DNA of 64,000 nt, from the NCBI GenBank assembly GCA_918797485.1, contig CAKKNE010000005.1, positions 4,774,001 to 4,838,000 on the forward strand, given 5' to 3'. Below, piece by piece: positions 10,801 to 21,076 of the stretch. This stretch comes from Pelagomonas calceolata. Its lineage: Eukaryota. The first letter of the stretch is position 1; each line of letters begins with the position of its first letter. Under the pieces are notes generated by a model. The model saw only the letters and a program-made list of their open reading frames with translations. It searched no databases and was not told where the DNA came from. Made by a program: the position numbers and the translations under genes.

Positions 10801-11759
10801 TTCCGGCGCCACGCGCGGAACGAGACGAAGGCCGCGATCGTCGTGTAGGCGCTCGTGGCCTTGGCGCGCTTGAGCTTGCGGAGGTACCTTCTGCAATTCT
10901 CGGCGGCCTCCTCGGCGTCGCAGGCGTCCTGCAGGTCGAGCATGCGCCGCGCGTCGTTTGCCGCCCGCGCCGCGGCCTCCGCGTCGCGTTCTATTTGTCT
11001 TCGTCGCACCTCCGCTTTCCTCGCCGCCTCCTCGCGCTCCGCGGCGGCGCGCTCCGCCGCGGCACAGGCCTCGGCCGCGTCCTCCCGATCTTTAGCAAGC
11101 GCCCGCTCGCGTTTTAACTCAACCGACAGCGCCTCGACGCCGAGCCACGCGCCGTACGCCGAGCGCTTCGCGGCAAAGCGTCTTCTACATTCTTCGAGCT
11201 CCAGCAGGCTGCCCTTCGGTCTCAACAAAAAGCGTCGTCTCCAGAACGCCACGACGAAGTCCGCGGCCGCGTCCCGCAGCTCGGCGTCGGGCCCCCGCGG
11301 CGCCTTCACGACGTCCACCTTCATAAATTCGACGGCCTGGACGCAGGCCTCCAGCGCCCGACGGACGTCGTCATGAATCTCGGCCGGTGGCCGGAAGTCG
11401 CCTTTCATGAGCGTGGGCGGCGGCGGCGGCGGCCTTAATAAATCAGCCGCGTCGATGATCGCTCTAGCTTCGGCCTGCGCCTTTTGGGCTTCCTTCGTCA
11501 CGTCCTCCATTAAGTCATTCTTTTGCTGGACGAAGCGGCTCCAATCAGACTCCTCCGCGCCGCTCAGGCGCCGATCCAAGCGCAGCTCCTCGGCCTTGGC
11601 GCGCTGGAGCCGGGTCCGCGCCGCGCCCAGCGCGCCGTCGAGCCAGGCCGCGTACTCGTCCTCGCCGTCGGAACTGTCCTCGGCGTCGCCCCCCTGGGCC
11701 AGCCAGGCGTCGAGGTCCGCCTCGGGCAGTGGTGGGGGCTCCTCGGTATTGTGCTCCAT
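7863..11759 (-). CDS. Leucine-rich repeat, coiled-coil and IQ-motif protein (LRRIQ1-like)
   Basis: Many LxxLxLxxNxL repeats; IQ-like motifs AATVQARVRRRL and VARLQAIHRARRVR. Confidence 0.75.
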   Translation of the reverse strand: MEHNTEEPPPLPEADLDAWLAQGGDAEDSSDGEDEYAAWLDGALGAARTRLQRAKAEELRLDRRLSGAEESDWSRFVQQKNDLMEDVTKEAQKAQAEARAIIDAADLLRPPPPPPTLMKGDFRPPAEIHDDVRRALEACVQAVEFMKVDVVKAPRGPDAELRDAAADFVVAFWRRRFLLRPKGSLLELEECRRRFAAKRSAYGAWLGVEALSVELKRERALAKDREDAAEACAAAERAAAEREEAARKAEVRRRQIERDAEAAARAANDARRMLDLQDACDAEEAAENCRRYLRKLKRAKATSAYTTIAAFVSFRAWRRKRAARKAKREAESIQEACAMKTMHLADVESRKLVEFWRVEGMRELRERMHMRDAELYAKNVIQTRERARQAEERQRAALRADAELAKRVARAAAVRLDMLARRRERSQAGDAAVACARAAFSAASEAVGSVAGVAAVRRSAEASERAEAEERAEKAAAEADAREAARAAAAAREATDAALLLKNDRRAAAEAAAEAMVRAFHNQDQKDDAARRNARAVLDQLDPVARRLAVVDPACLQRAARLFSGKVPLRADAPPPPPPCIEDDWARRAAAVVPPPPPRVDAPQAVYDDTPAERSAPGRVFGEDQLHAACGGDCTRVPTLDLSVEKLGGDLSSLRKCAKLEKLNLSVNELEAFDLVALGRALAATRVRTLALRDNRLAGGLANLNRLKLTALHLDVNRLTSIKALGLRQLRELSVCDNKLGSSGDGGLSLVLRCAPCLEVLRAAGNALSTFDCLARAPKLRELELSRNTLVEFDGHGASSSFPALVDLALAHNALRRAPRGLRLAGLERLRIGGNRFEKLDDLAAQEAWLPRLQRLDAADGAITNLGEALRCCPAVEVLNLAHNAFADFDTLAAALRGCPLLRDAMFQGNPLPMDALARACATAWKDKLACGGGAERAGERAAALAVCAEAGVLSLKRLNGDGVDALCLRQLAWAYDSTRGGVNDDVTGRLGALARLFPRPCDGCGGRLGIAPSLLAAVRGEAEAEPITCRKCGAVFELPPWPVCAARRCGPPAAANAQLSSKRDAALALLAGVAASRRTRKTDDWTPWRCVRLLDPALAAATVQARVRRRLAMKLRPRLFAALAACQSRRDASVARLQAIHRARRVRRRFHRALDGCIYVDDDLVNFNEGVDVDAFLGGDVARAFEEEEALPSFARQPRLQVGPGGDLVGRPPSADVVLPDIFAGRGQTPDRDILRSSSAPHSVVESVASVAEPRRRRRRHRPPPAPMPTSQIARDRQARARARKKATPAWASKPGG

Positions 11760-12176
11760 CGGCTCACGGCTACTGCTTAGGGCCGCATCATCGGCTGCTT
11801 TGTTGTATCATCGTGCCATGCTGGGCCGTCTGCGGCGCTCGGGGCAGCCGCCAATAACCAACCTGCCGAGCGGCCGCTCCGTCTACCCGCCTAGTGGCCG
11901 CCTCCTCCGGGGGCGCGCCAGGAGTCGTGCGCGGGGGGCGAGGGCTCGGTAACGCGGGAAAGGCGAACCAGGGGTCGCACCATATCCTAGTAGGAAAAAG
12001 GCCTTTTCGACGAGCTGGGCAGCTCGACGCGCCGCGTAAAAGCGCCACCTTGGCGGCACCGGCCGCTTGGTGCACGCCGTAGGACAGCCGGCGAAGGATT
12101 TAGAGCGCGCGGGCCGCTGGGCGCACGCGCGGGGCAGCCCGCGAGGCATTAGCAGCGAGGGGGCAGCCGCGCGCGG

Positions 12177-14639
12177 ATGAGCGGGGCCATGGCGACGCCG
12201 GACGGCTGGGCCGACATCCCCGACGAGCTATCGGCCGCGGGCATCACGGACGATCTCTTGGTGATCACGGAGCTGTCGTTCATCAAGCAGCTTGGCTGGT
12301 ACGACCTCTGGATCGTGGCCGTCGTGTCGCTCATCCCGTGCATCCCGATGCTGGTCCTCTTCGAGTGGCAGAGGCATAGAAGGACCCACTTCTGGCCGAA
12401 GGCGCGCTACCAGCCCGGGCGCGGGCTCTCGTCGCAGTTCCCGGGCATCGGCGCGTGGGCCATGGGTATTTTGAGAGCGCCGGACGAGGAGCTCATGGAC
12501 GTGGCCGGGCTCGAGGGCTTCGTCTTCATGCGCCTGATGCGCATGGGCTGTAGATTATCATTATTCGGCTCGGTCATCGCGATTCCGGTCACGTGGATCT
12601 TCCTGAGCGAGGGCGACGGCTCGCTCCGGTTTTTAGACTGGACGGTCAACGTCGTCGTGGACAACGACTGGAAGCTCTGGGCCGCGGTCTGCGCGGTCTG
12701 GCTCGTGACGCTGCACACTTTATACGACGTCATCCAGGAGTGCGAGGCCTTCGTCAAGCTGCGCCAGCAGTTCCTCACAAAAACAGAAATCATGGAGGAC
12801 GACCCCCAGGCCACTTATAGCGTGATGGTCGAGCGCGTGCCCCGGGAATGCCGCGCCGACGCTGCGTTGAAGGCCTACTTCGAGCACCTCTTCCCCGGGG
12901 AAGTTGTTTGTGCGACGATCGCGTTGGCGGACCTGGGGGATCTGGAAAAGGTCCTCGCGGAGCGACGAAGCGTCCTCGACGCGCTGGAACACCTGCGGCT
13001 CGAGGAGGAGGCGACCGGCACGGCTCCCCAGGAGCGGCTCAACCTGCGCGAGGGCTCCTACGAGCTCGTCGAGGCGATCCCCTGGTACGAGGCCAAGCTC
13101 GCGCGCCTCGACGAACGGCGGCGGGACCTGGCCGCGGAGATCCACAAGCGGTCCGCGGAGGTCGAGCGCGAGGCGACGGGCACGTTCTTCGACCGGATCC
13201 TCGCGACGCCCCAGAACCTCTCGACCTTCGGCGAGGGCGGCAAAGAGGACCCGGTGGCCACGGGCGAGGGCGAGCGCGAGGCGCTGCTGTCTCGCTCCGT
13301 GCGGCGGTTGGATCCGACCATCGCGACGAAGCACAAGTCGGCGACGGGCTTCGTCACCTTCCGGAGCCTGCGGAGCTGCTCCGTGGCGCGGCAAGCCCAG
13401 TTATCACCGCGACCCTTCTGCATGGAGTCTTGTCCCCAACGGCCGGAACGGAAGAATTTGATCTGGGGCAACGTGCCCACCTCCAAAACGGGGCGACTGG
13501 TGCGCCACGGCTTCGTGTCCACCGTGCTGGTTTTGTTGGCGATGAACTGGAGTTCATTGATCCAGATCTGCACCTACATCTCGCACGAGTGGGCGCCCAA
13601 ACATATCCCCACGGCGCCCTATTTAGTCAAATTGGGGTACAACATCTTTTCCGCGTATTTGCCTATCATGTTGGTCCAAGCGGTTCTGGCATTGTTACCT
13701 TTTCTGTATCTGGGCCTGGCGGTCTTCTACGAGCGATTTAAGTTCGCGTCCGAGGTGCAGCAGGTCGTCTACCGGCGGTACATGCTCGTGCAGTGGGCGA
13801 ACATCTACCTGTCGCTCGTGTCGGGCTCCATCGTCACATTAGTGGTGGGCCTGGTGACGAACCCTTTGTACTTACTCGAGCAACTCGCGGACCTCATGCC
13901 TGAGGCCGCGGTCTACTTCATTGAGCTGATCATCATGAAGATTCTGCTCGTGCTGCCCTTCGAGCTGTCGCGGATCTGGCCCTGGTTTAGGATAGAAGTT
14001 GTGGCGCGGTTGTTCCGGGATCGACTGACGGAGCGGGATCTGACCGAGGGCGCCTTCGAGCCGCCCGAGTTCCGGTACGGCTTCCAGTACCCAGGTAAGA
14101 TCATGGTCGTGACCTACGCGCTGATCTTCGCGGGCATCTGCCCCCTGGTCTACCCCTTCGCTCTGCTGCATTTTTGTTGTGCGTACCTCGTCTACGCGCG
14201 GCAATTACTCTACGTCTACGTGCCCAAGTACGAGACGGGCGGCGCCTTCTTCGAGACCAGCATATATACTGTGTTGGGTTCCAATCTGGCGGGCTGCTTC
14301 ACGTTCTTTGCTTATTTATTACTCAAGGAGCAGTACTGGCACGCGTGGGCGGTTTTGGTCCCGACGGTCGGAGCATTGGTGGGGTGGGTCTTCGTCAGCG
14401 CGTCATATTTACACATGAACATGACGGCGTCGATCGAGATCGCCGTGTCCGCCGACGACTCCGCGCGGAGCCCGCCGGCCTTCGACCAGCACTGGTTCCG
14501 GCAGCCGGCATTGGATCCGAACCCGGACCGCGTCGCCAAGGTCGAGGAGCCCGACGATATCCACGCGCTCAAGGCTACGCCTCGGCGAGGTGGGTTTTTG
14601 TCGAGGTTCGGCTTCGGGGGCGGGAGTAGTAAAGAATGA
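12177..14639 (+). CDS. OSCA/TMEM63 (CSC1/ERD4) mechanosensitive cation channel
   Basis: AGLEGFVFMR, YSVMVERVP, TGFVTFRS, LIWGN, YVYVPKYETGG; many TM helices. Confidence 0.9.
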   Translation: MSGAMATPDGWADIPDELSAAGITDDLLVITELSFIKQLGWYDLWIVAVVSLIPCIPMLVLFEWQRHRRTHFWPKARYQPGRGLSSQFPGIGAWAMGILRAPDEELMDVAGLEGFVFMRLMRMGCRLSLFGSVIAIPVTWIFLSEGDGSLRFLDWTVNVVVDNDWKLWAAVCAVWLVTLHTLYDVIQECEAFVKLRQQFLTKTEIMEDDPQATYSVMVERVPRECRADAALKAYFEHLFPGEVVCATIALADLGDLEKVLAERRSVLDALEHLRLEEEATGTAPQERLNLREGSYELVEAIPWYEAKLARLDERRRDLAAEIHKRSAEVEREATGTFFDRILATPQNLSTFGEGGKEDPVATGEGEREALLSRSVRRLDPTIATKHKSATGFVTFRSLRSCSVARQAQLSPRPFCMESCPQRPERKNLIWGNVPTSKTGRLVRHGFVSTVLVLLAMNWSSLIQICTYISHEWAPKHIPTAPYLVKLGYNIFSAYLPIMLVQAVLALLPFLYLGLAVFYERFKFASEVQQVVYRRYMLVQWANIYLSLVSGSIVTLVVGLVTNPLYLLEQLADLMPEAAVYFIELIIMKILLVLPFELSRIWPWFRIEVVARLFRDRLTERDLTEGAFEPPEFRYGFQYPGKIMVVTYALIFAGICPLVYPFALLHFCCAYLVYARQLLYVYVPKYETGGAFFETSIYTVLGSNLAGCFTFFAYLLLKEQYWHAWAVLVPTVGALVGWVFVSASYLHMNMTASIEIAVSADDSARSPPAFDQHWFRQPALDPNPDRVAKVEEPDDIHALKATPRRGGFLSRFGFGGGSSKE

Positions 14640-14687
14640 CACTGTTATTTGGTTTAGTATGCACACCACAAAAACAACAACACACGG

Positions 14688-15812
14688 CTACTCTGCCGCC
14701 GCCGCGGCGATCTTCGCCCGGACGTGGTCGCCACTCGTCGTCGGCGCCCACTTCGGCGGCCCGAGCGCGGCGAGCGGCGCGAGGCGCGCGTCGGGCCGCG
14801 GGCCCGTGAAGAGCACGAGTGAGAGACGTGCGGTCGCGTCGCTCGGGTCCGGGTTCGCCACGCGGTGCACGCAGGAGCGGAAGAGGCCGTTCGTCAAAAT
14901 TTGGATCTGGTCGCCGGCGTTGACCGTCAGGGCTCCGGGGACCGGTGTACACGGCACGAACATGGAGTTCTCCCGCGAGCCGCGGCGGTCCTCTGGGGCT
15001 TCGGCGTAGGCTTCCGCGGAGCACGGCACTTCCACTTCCAGACCTTGCTTGTCCTGGGCGACGATCGTAAAGCACTGCCAGTCCGTGTGCTCGCCGTAGC
15101 GCAGCTGGCGCGTACCGGGCGGCTTGCCCGCTTGCGACGGGTAGTAGGCCAGCCGCAGGCGATTGAGCCACGACTCGCCCTCGAAGTCACCCGCGAAGGT
15201 CGACGGTTCTAGATGAAGCGCCCGCGCCGTCAGCTCGAGGAAGCACTCGTTGGCGCGTCGGCACGCGCGGAAGTAGTCGCGGAGCGCGTCGTTTAAACCA
15301 GGCACGGGCAATTGGGCATCATCCCCGTCTCCTAAAAATACAAATTCCGACGCGTAGTCAGGAGGCCGCTTGATCGTGGATGCGCCGTCGGCGGTGACGC
15401 CCGACGCCGCCACGGCGACCGCACCCACGCCCTTGTATCCGCGCCCGCCGTCGCCGGCGCAGGCGTCTCGCGCGGCGGCAGTCGTGGTTTCGAAGAAGGC
15501 TCGTCCCAGCTCTCGGGCCTTTGCGATCACGTCGTCGGGCACGCCGTGGCCGAGGACCTGGCAGAAGCCACAGGCGCGGAACGCGTCGCCCCACTTTTTA
15601 ACAATTAGCTCGCATTCGTCGGGCAGCGGCGCGTCGCCGTCATGGGGCCAGTACTTGTCGACGGCCTCGCGCCATCGGATGTATGGACCGATGTTGACCA
15701 CGGGGATTGTCTCTTCGCGCGGTCCAGGCGGCGCACCAGCGGGATGGAAATAAGCGCTCGACGAAGCACGAGCTGCTTGGGCTGCGAGGAGAGCAGCCGC
15801 ACAGCACCGCAT
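14688..15812 (-). CDS. 2-oxoglutarate/Fe(II) dioxygenase (IPNS/DIOX family)
   Basis: IPVVNI, GFCQVLGHGVP, HTD, NAGDQIQILTNGLFRSCVHRV, RLSLVLF. Confidence 0.9.
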   Translation of the reverse strand: MRCCAAALLAAQAARASSSAYFHPAGAPPGPREETIPVVNIGPYIRWREAVDKYWPHDGDAPLPDECELIVKKWGDAFRACGFCQVLGHGVPDDVIAKARELGRAFFETTTAAARDACAGDGGRGYKGVGAVAVAASGVTADGASTIKRPPDYASEFVFLGDGDDAQLPVPGLNDALRDYFRACRRANECFLELTARALHLEPSTFAGDFEGESWLNRLRLAYYPSQAGKPPGTRQLRYGEHTDWQCFTIVAQDKQGLEVEVPCSAEAYAEAPEDRRGSRENSMFVPCTPVPGALTVNAGDQIQILTNGLFRSCVHRVANPDPSDATARLSLVLFTGPRPDARLAPLAALGPPKWAPTTSGDHVRAKIAAAAAE

Positions 15813-15893
15813 TGATCAATGCTATCGCACACGTCGGTTTTAAGCACTAATAACAGCCAAAAAGAACCGCTTTTCTATTTGAGGCCTTTGTTT

Positions 15894-15915
15894 CTAGTGC
15901 CTTACTGGACGCTAG
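15894..15915 (-). promoter_or_regulatory. CTAG-dyad motif copy
   Basis: Reverse complement ctagcgtccagtaaggcactag in the 140-bp divergent gap. Confidence 0.65.
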
Positions 15916-15952
15916 CTGCGTGTGAGCAGCGTGGCAGAGGAATTGATGGACA

Positions 15953-17227
15953 ATGATTCCATCATTTGCCATATTCGTGCTCCTGAATATCAATGCATCC
16001 GTTGCACTGCTCGCTTCGCGACCGAGAGCGCACTTGGTGCCGCATAACCATAGGCTGCAGCCCAGGCACCCATTTGCACTCCCTGCAACGCAGCAGGACG
16101 ATGCGGATGCGGCAGTCTCACCTGACATCACGTCGGCAGTCGCATTGTTCGCTGCCGTACCTGCGGGAGCATTGGTATTGCAGCTTCTCTACGCGCAGCG
16201 CGTACTGCTGCCACTCCTCCTCGTAAAACGCGTCTACATCTATGCCATGGCTACGTACGTCGTCGCCGTCGGCGGCGCCCGCGGAGGCGGTGACCCATCA
16301 GCGCTGGGTACACGACTAGAATCATTGACGCGCGAGGTGCTGCCCGACTCTCTCGCGCCGACGACGGACCTGGCACCGCTACAGAAGCTTGACGCCGTCG
16401 ACGAGACGCAGCAAGCAGCGTTAGTGCCTGCCGCAGTAGCAGCAAGTCTGCTGCTGTCGCTCGGACTGCTTGCACTGGCATCGTCCGACGGCGGCGCCGT
16501 GCGAGAGGCGGCCGCGTCCGCAACGTCGCTGGCGGCATTGTCGACTGCGGGCACGTTAGGCATCTTCACGCGAGCCGAACTCCAGCGAGTCGGCGCGCCG
16601 GCGGCTACAGCGCTCGCGGCTGTTCTCGTCGCTTTTGCTTACCTGGTACCCGCGGCGTACGCCTGGCCGGTCCAAAACATACTATGTATGTGCCTCGCCA
16701 TCGCGACCGCACGGGCTCTGCAGTTCTCAAATTTTGCAGCGCTGTGCGCCGCGGCGGCGGCGCTCGTCGCGTACGACGTCGCATCGGTCGCGGCGACACT
16801 GCCGCTAGCGACGGCTGCGGTTGGCGCCAAGGCCGCGGCGGGGGCAGGAGCGACGGCGGGCGCTCCAAGCGCCGCCGCCGCCGCGTCCCCCATGGGAGCC
16901 GTGGCCGTCTCAAGACTTTCGGAGGGCTTCCAGCCCGGACTTCTTCAGGTCCGGCTCGGCGGACGAGTCTCTGATGTCTTGGGTCTTGGCGACAGCGTGT
17001 TCCCTGCACTCGTCGCTGGCTTTGCCAAGAGATACGACCTCGCCCAAGAAGAGAGCCGGCTCTTCCCCGCGGCGCTGGCAGGGTTCGGCGTCGGGTGTCT
17101 GTTGTGTGAACTGTCTCCGGGCATCGACGGCCGCGGCTTGCCGGCGCTACTCTATATCCTCCCAGTGATGCTGCTCGCCGTCCTGGCGACGGCGACCGTC
17201 AACGGCGACGACGTGTTCGAGTTGTGA
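15953..17227 (+). CDS. Signal peptide peptidase-like aspartic protease (A22B)
   Basis: Catalytic YD and LGLGD motifs plus LPALLYI (PAL); multi-TM. Start codon uncertain. Confidence 0.85.
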   Translation: MIPSFAIFVLLNINASVALLASRPRAHLVPHNHRLQPRHPFALPATQQDDADAAVSPDITSAVALFAAVPAGALVLQLLYAQRVLLPLLLVKRVYIYAMATYVVAVGGARGGGDPSALGTRLESLTREVLPDSLAPTTDLAPLQKLDAVDETQQAALVPAAVAASLLLSLGLLALASSDGGAVREAAASATSLAALSTAGTLGIFTRAELQRVGAPAATALAAVLVAFAYLVPAAYAWPVQNILCMCLAIATARALQFSNFAALCAAAAALVAYDVASVAATLPLATAAVGAKAAAGAGATAGAPSAAAAASPMGAVAVSRLSEGFQPGLLQVRLGGRVSDVLGLGDSVFPALVAGFAKRYDLAQEESRLFPAALAGFGVGCLLCELSPGIDGRGLPALLYILPVMLLAVLATATVNGDDVFEL

Positions 17228-17332
17228 TCTAAAATAATGTTGCTTTGCTTAGCGCTAGGCCCCCTAGCCACTTGCCTGGCGACTTCGGGGGAAGCGTTCG
17301 AACGCCCGCCAAGGTTACACAGTTCAAGTTAA

Positions 17333-18748
17333 TCACACACTAATCATACCGGGCTCGTCCATCGAATCGACGTCGAGCGCCCGGACGGCACCGCGCGCCA
17401 GGTGGTCCGTCAGGTAGTCGGCCAATATATCTTCGGCGTCGCGCGGCCGCGGCACCGCGTCGCCGTCGCCGAGCAGGCCCGTCGCCGCCAGGAGCTCTAT
17501 ACAATCGTCCGACGCGCCGGCGCACGACCCCGCGTGCACGGCGTCCGTCGCCCGCCGCGCCGCGGCGCGCGCGGCCAGGCGCGACAGCTTGTCCAGGGCC
17601 TCGTCGCCCGAGGCCGTGCGGTGCACCCGTAGCACGCGCTGCAGATCAAGCTTCAGCCGGTCCTCGTCGATACCTCTTGCTCTATAGGCGGCCCAAAGTA
17701 AGGAAACGCCGCACGCGACCAGGGCTCCCTGCGCGATCTCCTGGTGCGTCGTCGACCACTCGGCCGCGAAGCGCCTGTGTTAGACGTCGACCTATGAGCT
17801 TCATCATGTTCAATCATGATACTGGGACGCCGACAGGCACCAACTCCGATAAATCGGTAGCGACGACGTCGCGGCGAGCAGCATCCACGCCAGCGCGCGG
17901 TCGCCGCTCCGCAACCGCACGTCGAGCGAAGACGACGGCGCGAGGGCTCCGACGTATTCAGCCGGGACCTCGCGGTGCCACTCGACCGCGAAATCCGAGG
18001 GCGACACGCGCTCCAGCGCCAAGACGTCGATAAGACCCTTTGGCACGTCCACCGTGGGCTTCGTGCGCGGCGCGGACCGCAGTCGCGCGAGCTCCGGCGC
18101 CACGTTCTGGTTGTAGGCCGCCTTGACGCGGTCCTGGAAGCCCTCCGGCAGCGCCTTGCGCGCCGCGCGCGAGAGATCGTCGACGGCGTCGACCAGCTTG
18201 TCGCGCTGCCGGTCGATGACCGCGTAGACGGCGTCCGCCTTAAGCTGGATGCGCGCCAGGACGCCGTCCTTGTAGGACGCGACCTTGCGCTCCAACGACC
18301 GCGCGGCGCCGTCCCGCAGCGACGACATAGGCTCCGTGTGCGACCGCACGAAGCCCCCCTGGATGGCGCGAGACGTCTTGGGAGACGGCCGGTACCAGAG
18401 CTGCAGGATGGTGGGATCGAGCGCCGACCGGTCGGGCCGCAGCACGCCGTCGCGCCAGCGCATCGGCTGCGAGACGACGGAGCGCGGCACTCGCTTCAGA
18501 CCCGCCTGGCGCGCGAGTTCCTCCACCCTTTCCGCACGCGCCGCGCCCAGTTGGGCGACCGTCTTCGCGCAGGCCTCGAGGTTGGCGCGTTCCAGTGCCG
18601 GGTCGAAGTGTTGCGTGTCACCGACGCTTTTCATTTTTTCAAAGGCAGATGCAGCCAGCGCTTCTTCCTTGCGCACGCTGCGCTGCCGCAGGCCGGCCGC
18701 GGTTTCTAGATAGAGCGCTGCCAAGCAGCGGCCGCCGCGCCAGGCCAT
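17333..18748 (-). CDS. TMEM143/DUF3754-like protein; two exons (intron 17775-17840)
   Basis: Splicing GTGCCT...CACAG joins IYRSW to RFAAEWSTT in frame with ORF 17333-17635; family call by resemblance only. Confidence 0.55.
17775..17840 (-). other. Spliceosomal intron (66 nt, GT-AG)
   Basis: Restores the reading frame and removes a stop; ends ...ctaacacag. Confidence 0.75.
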
Positions 18749-18885
18749 TTTTTTGTGCCTTTGCGCGCCTCTGTGGGGAGTTATTCGTCGTGTGCCACTT
18801 AATAGCTTGCAACAGCGTACACTGCGCAACTCCAATCGAATCGTGAGCGCTAAACACCCGCGTTTTGCCCAAACGCGCAAGCCAG

Positions 18886-18908
18886 CTAGCGGCCTATAAA
18901 GACACTAG
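18886..18908 (+). promoter_or_regulatory. CTAG-dyad motif copy
   Basis: ctagcggcctataaagacactag, about 140 bp from both divergent ATGs. Confidence 0.7.
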
Positions 18909-19049
18909 CCATAGCTCGGAAACCAGATCGCGCGCGCGCATAGCCGCATCGCTGCCCCTCACGCTGCACGAGGCGTGTACGCAATATACTCCATCTCCAG
19001 CAACGGCTGTGTCAAAAGAGTAGCGGTTCAGGAGGGTCTGGGGCAGACC

Positions 19050-20216
19050 ATGTCCACCGACCCCACGATAACGCTGTCGAGCGGCCACGCCATGCCTAGA
19101 GTAGGGTTGGGAACCTCGAAACTAGTAGAAAAGCAAATAGCCGACGGAATAGAAGCAGGTGCGCGGCACCTCGACTGCGCGCGGATGTACGGCAACGAGG
19201 CCGCCGTCGGCCGCGCCGTCAGGGCCTCGAAGGTGCCGCGGGCCGACTTCTTCCTCACGAGTAAGCTCTTCATGACGGAGCTGCGCCGCGACGCCGTCGG
19301 CGAGGCCGTGGCCGACACGCTGCGGGATTTACAGACGGACTACCTGGACCTGCTCCTGATCCACTGGCCTCTTAAATATAAACCGGGCACGCTCTTCGCG
19401 CGGGACGGCGCCCAGGATTTCGCGGAGACCTGGGCGGCGATGGAGGCGCTCGTGAAGGACGGGAAGGTCCGGAGCATCGGCGTGTCGAACTTCGACGCGG
19501 CGCAACTGGAAGCGTTGATGGAGACGGCCAAAATCCCGCCGGCCGTGAACCAGGTCGAGGCGCACCCGCGGTTCCCTAATTCGGCATTGGTGGCCTGGTG
19601 CCTCTCCAAAAAGATCGCCGTCGTCGCGTGGGGCCCCCTCGCCTCCGGCCGCGGGCGGCTCGCCGAGGACCAGGTCCTCTGGACGACGGCGAACATGCAC
19701 CAAGTCTCTGTACCGCGCATGGCGCTGCGGTGGAATTTGGAAAGGGGCGTCTGCGTCGTGCCGCGGTCGGCGAACCCCGAGCACGTGCGCGATTGTCTGG
19801 AGGCGGCCGCGGGGCCGAAATTGCCCAAGGCGGACGTCGAGCTGTTGACGCGGTCGCGGCCGGAGGGTCGGCGGCGCTTCCCCGACGTCATTGGCGTCTG
19901 GCCGGCGTCGGCCAACGTTGTTTGTAGGCTGCTCGGCTGGTGGCTGCACGTTTTGTTTTCGGTGCTGTTCCGGGTCTGCTCCGTGGACGTCGTGGCGCTG
20001 GCGAAGCGGCGAGCTATCAAACGGGAGGCGACGTACGCGGCCTTCGTGAAGGAGCGCGACGCGGCGATCGCCGCCATGGAGGCGAAGATCGCCGCGCGCG
20101 CGGCCGAGGGCAAGATGACGTTCACAGACGGGTCCGAGGATATGAGTGTGGATCCAGCAATCGATCCGAAGCTCGCGGCGGCGCGGCTGGAGATGCTGCG
20201 GACGCCCGCGGACTAA
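19050..20216 (+). CDS. Aldo/keto reductase with C-terminal hydrophobic extension
   Basis: MPRVGLGT, DCARMYGNE, TSK, DYLDLLLIHWP, GKVRSIGVSNF, NQVEAHP. Confidence 0.92.
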   Translation: MSTDPTITLSSGHAMPRVGLGTSKLVEKQIADGIEAGARHLDCARMYGNEAAVGRAVRASKVPRADFFLTSKLFMTELRRDAVGEAVADTLRDLQTDYLDLLLIHWPLKYKPGTLFARDGAQDFAETWAAMEALVKDGKVRSIGVSNFDAAQLEALMETAKIPPAVNQVEAHPRFPNSALVAWCLSKKIAVVAWGPLASGRGRLAEDQVLWTTANMHQVSVPRMALRWNLERGVCVVPRSANPEHVRDCLEAAAGPKLPKADVELLTRSRPEGRRRFPDVIGVWPASANVVCRLLGWWLHVLFSVLFRVCSVDVVALAKRRAIKREATYAAFVKERDAAIAAMEAKIAARAAEGKMTFTDGSEDMSVDPAIDPKLAAARLEMLRTPAD

Positions 20217-20293
20217 TTCTCTTTTTTTGAGAGAGAGAGAGTCGCTTATTGAATCCATCCCCAGGTAGTACGGACCCCGAACGCTTCGATCAG

Positions 20294-20316
20294 CTAGCGT
20301 GTCTGTAAGACACTAG
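20294..20316 (+). promoter_or_regulatory. CTAG-dyad motif copy
   Basis: ctagcgtgtctgtaagacactag followed by caagc, 176 bp upstream of ATG 20492. Confidence 0.7.
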
Positions 20317-20491
20317 CAAGCAATCCACAGCATGCGCAGCAGGATTTTGAGCCTCACCGTAGCCAACTCTGCATAAGAGCTACCGTAGCGGCACGCCACT
20401 TAGGTGCTCCGTGACCAGTGTGACGAACGGCACATATAACTGCTGTATTGACAAGGAGAGCATTTCCAACACAAGGCAGAGCATTGCTAGA

Positions 20492-21049
20492 ATGCGTCGC
20501 TGGTGGCCAGCGCTGCACGCCATCGCCGCGACCAGGGCGTTTCAGGGACGCACAGCAGAGCAAAGGCCATGCACTCGCCTGCGCGCACAACAAAACGACG
20601 GCTTCGACCCGCGATTCGGCTGGCTCGGACTGGAGCTCGGGTTTGTGCTTGCAGACGCGGCCAAGCAGGCGATACGCGGGAAGACCATTGTTGGTGATTT
20701 AGTTATCGCGGGCACCGACAACGACAAGCTGCAAATCAGACAGTCGCAATCCTACGTATTGCGACGCATATACTGGCAGGGCGTTGACGATGCTGGGAGC
20801 GTCAGGCAGGTCGACGCCGAGGCGCTGGACGATCCCTGTCCGGCCGCGGGCTACGAGCAGTATCTGTCCTTGTATTCGCCGCGGTTCCATCGCGAGTCTG
20901 GACCCGTTGTGGCGCGCCTCGACGAGTGTCGACCGACACGGCTGCGCGAGGAGATCGCCGAGGCGGCCGTGCTCGGGATTCCCGGCCTGTTTTGGGTCTT
21001 CGTCAGCGCGCAGCTTATCGAGTACGGGCGCCAGACGGGGCGGATGTGA
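20492..21049 (+). CDS. Hypothetical plastid-targeted membrane protein
   Basis: Signal peptide followed by AF and a transit-like stretch; C-terminal TM helix. Confidence 0.6.
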   Translation: MRRWWPALHAIAATRAFQGRTAEQRPCTRLRAQQNDGFDPRFGWLGLELGFVLADAAKQAIRGKTIVGDLVIAGTDNDKLQIRQSQSYVLRRIYWQGVDDAGSVRQVDAEALDDPCPAAGYEQYLSLYSPRFHRESGPVVARLDECRPTRLREEIAEAAVLGIPGLFWVFVSAQLIEYGRQTGRM

Positions 21050-21076
21050 TGTGTGACTAACTTACAACAAACAGAT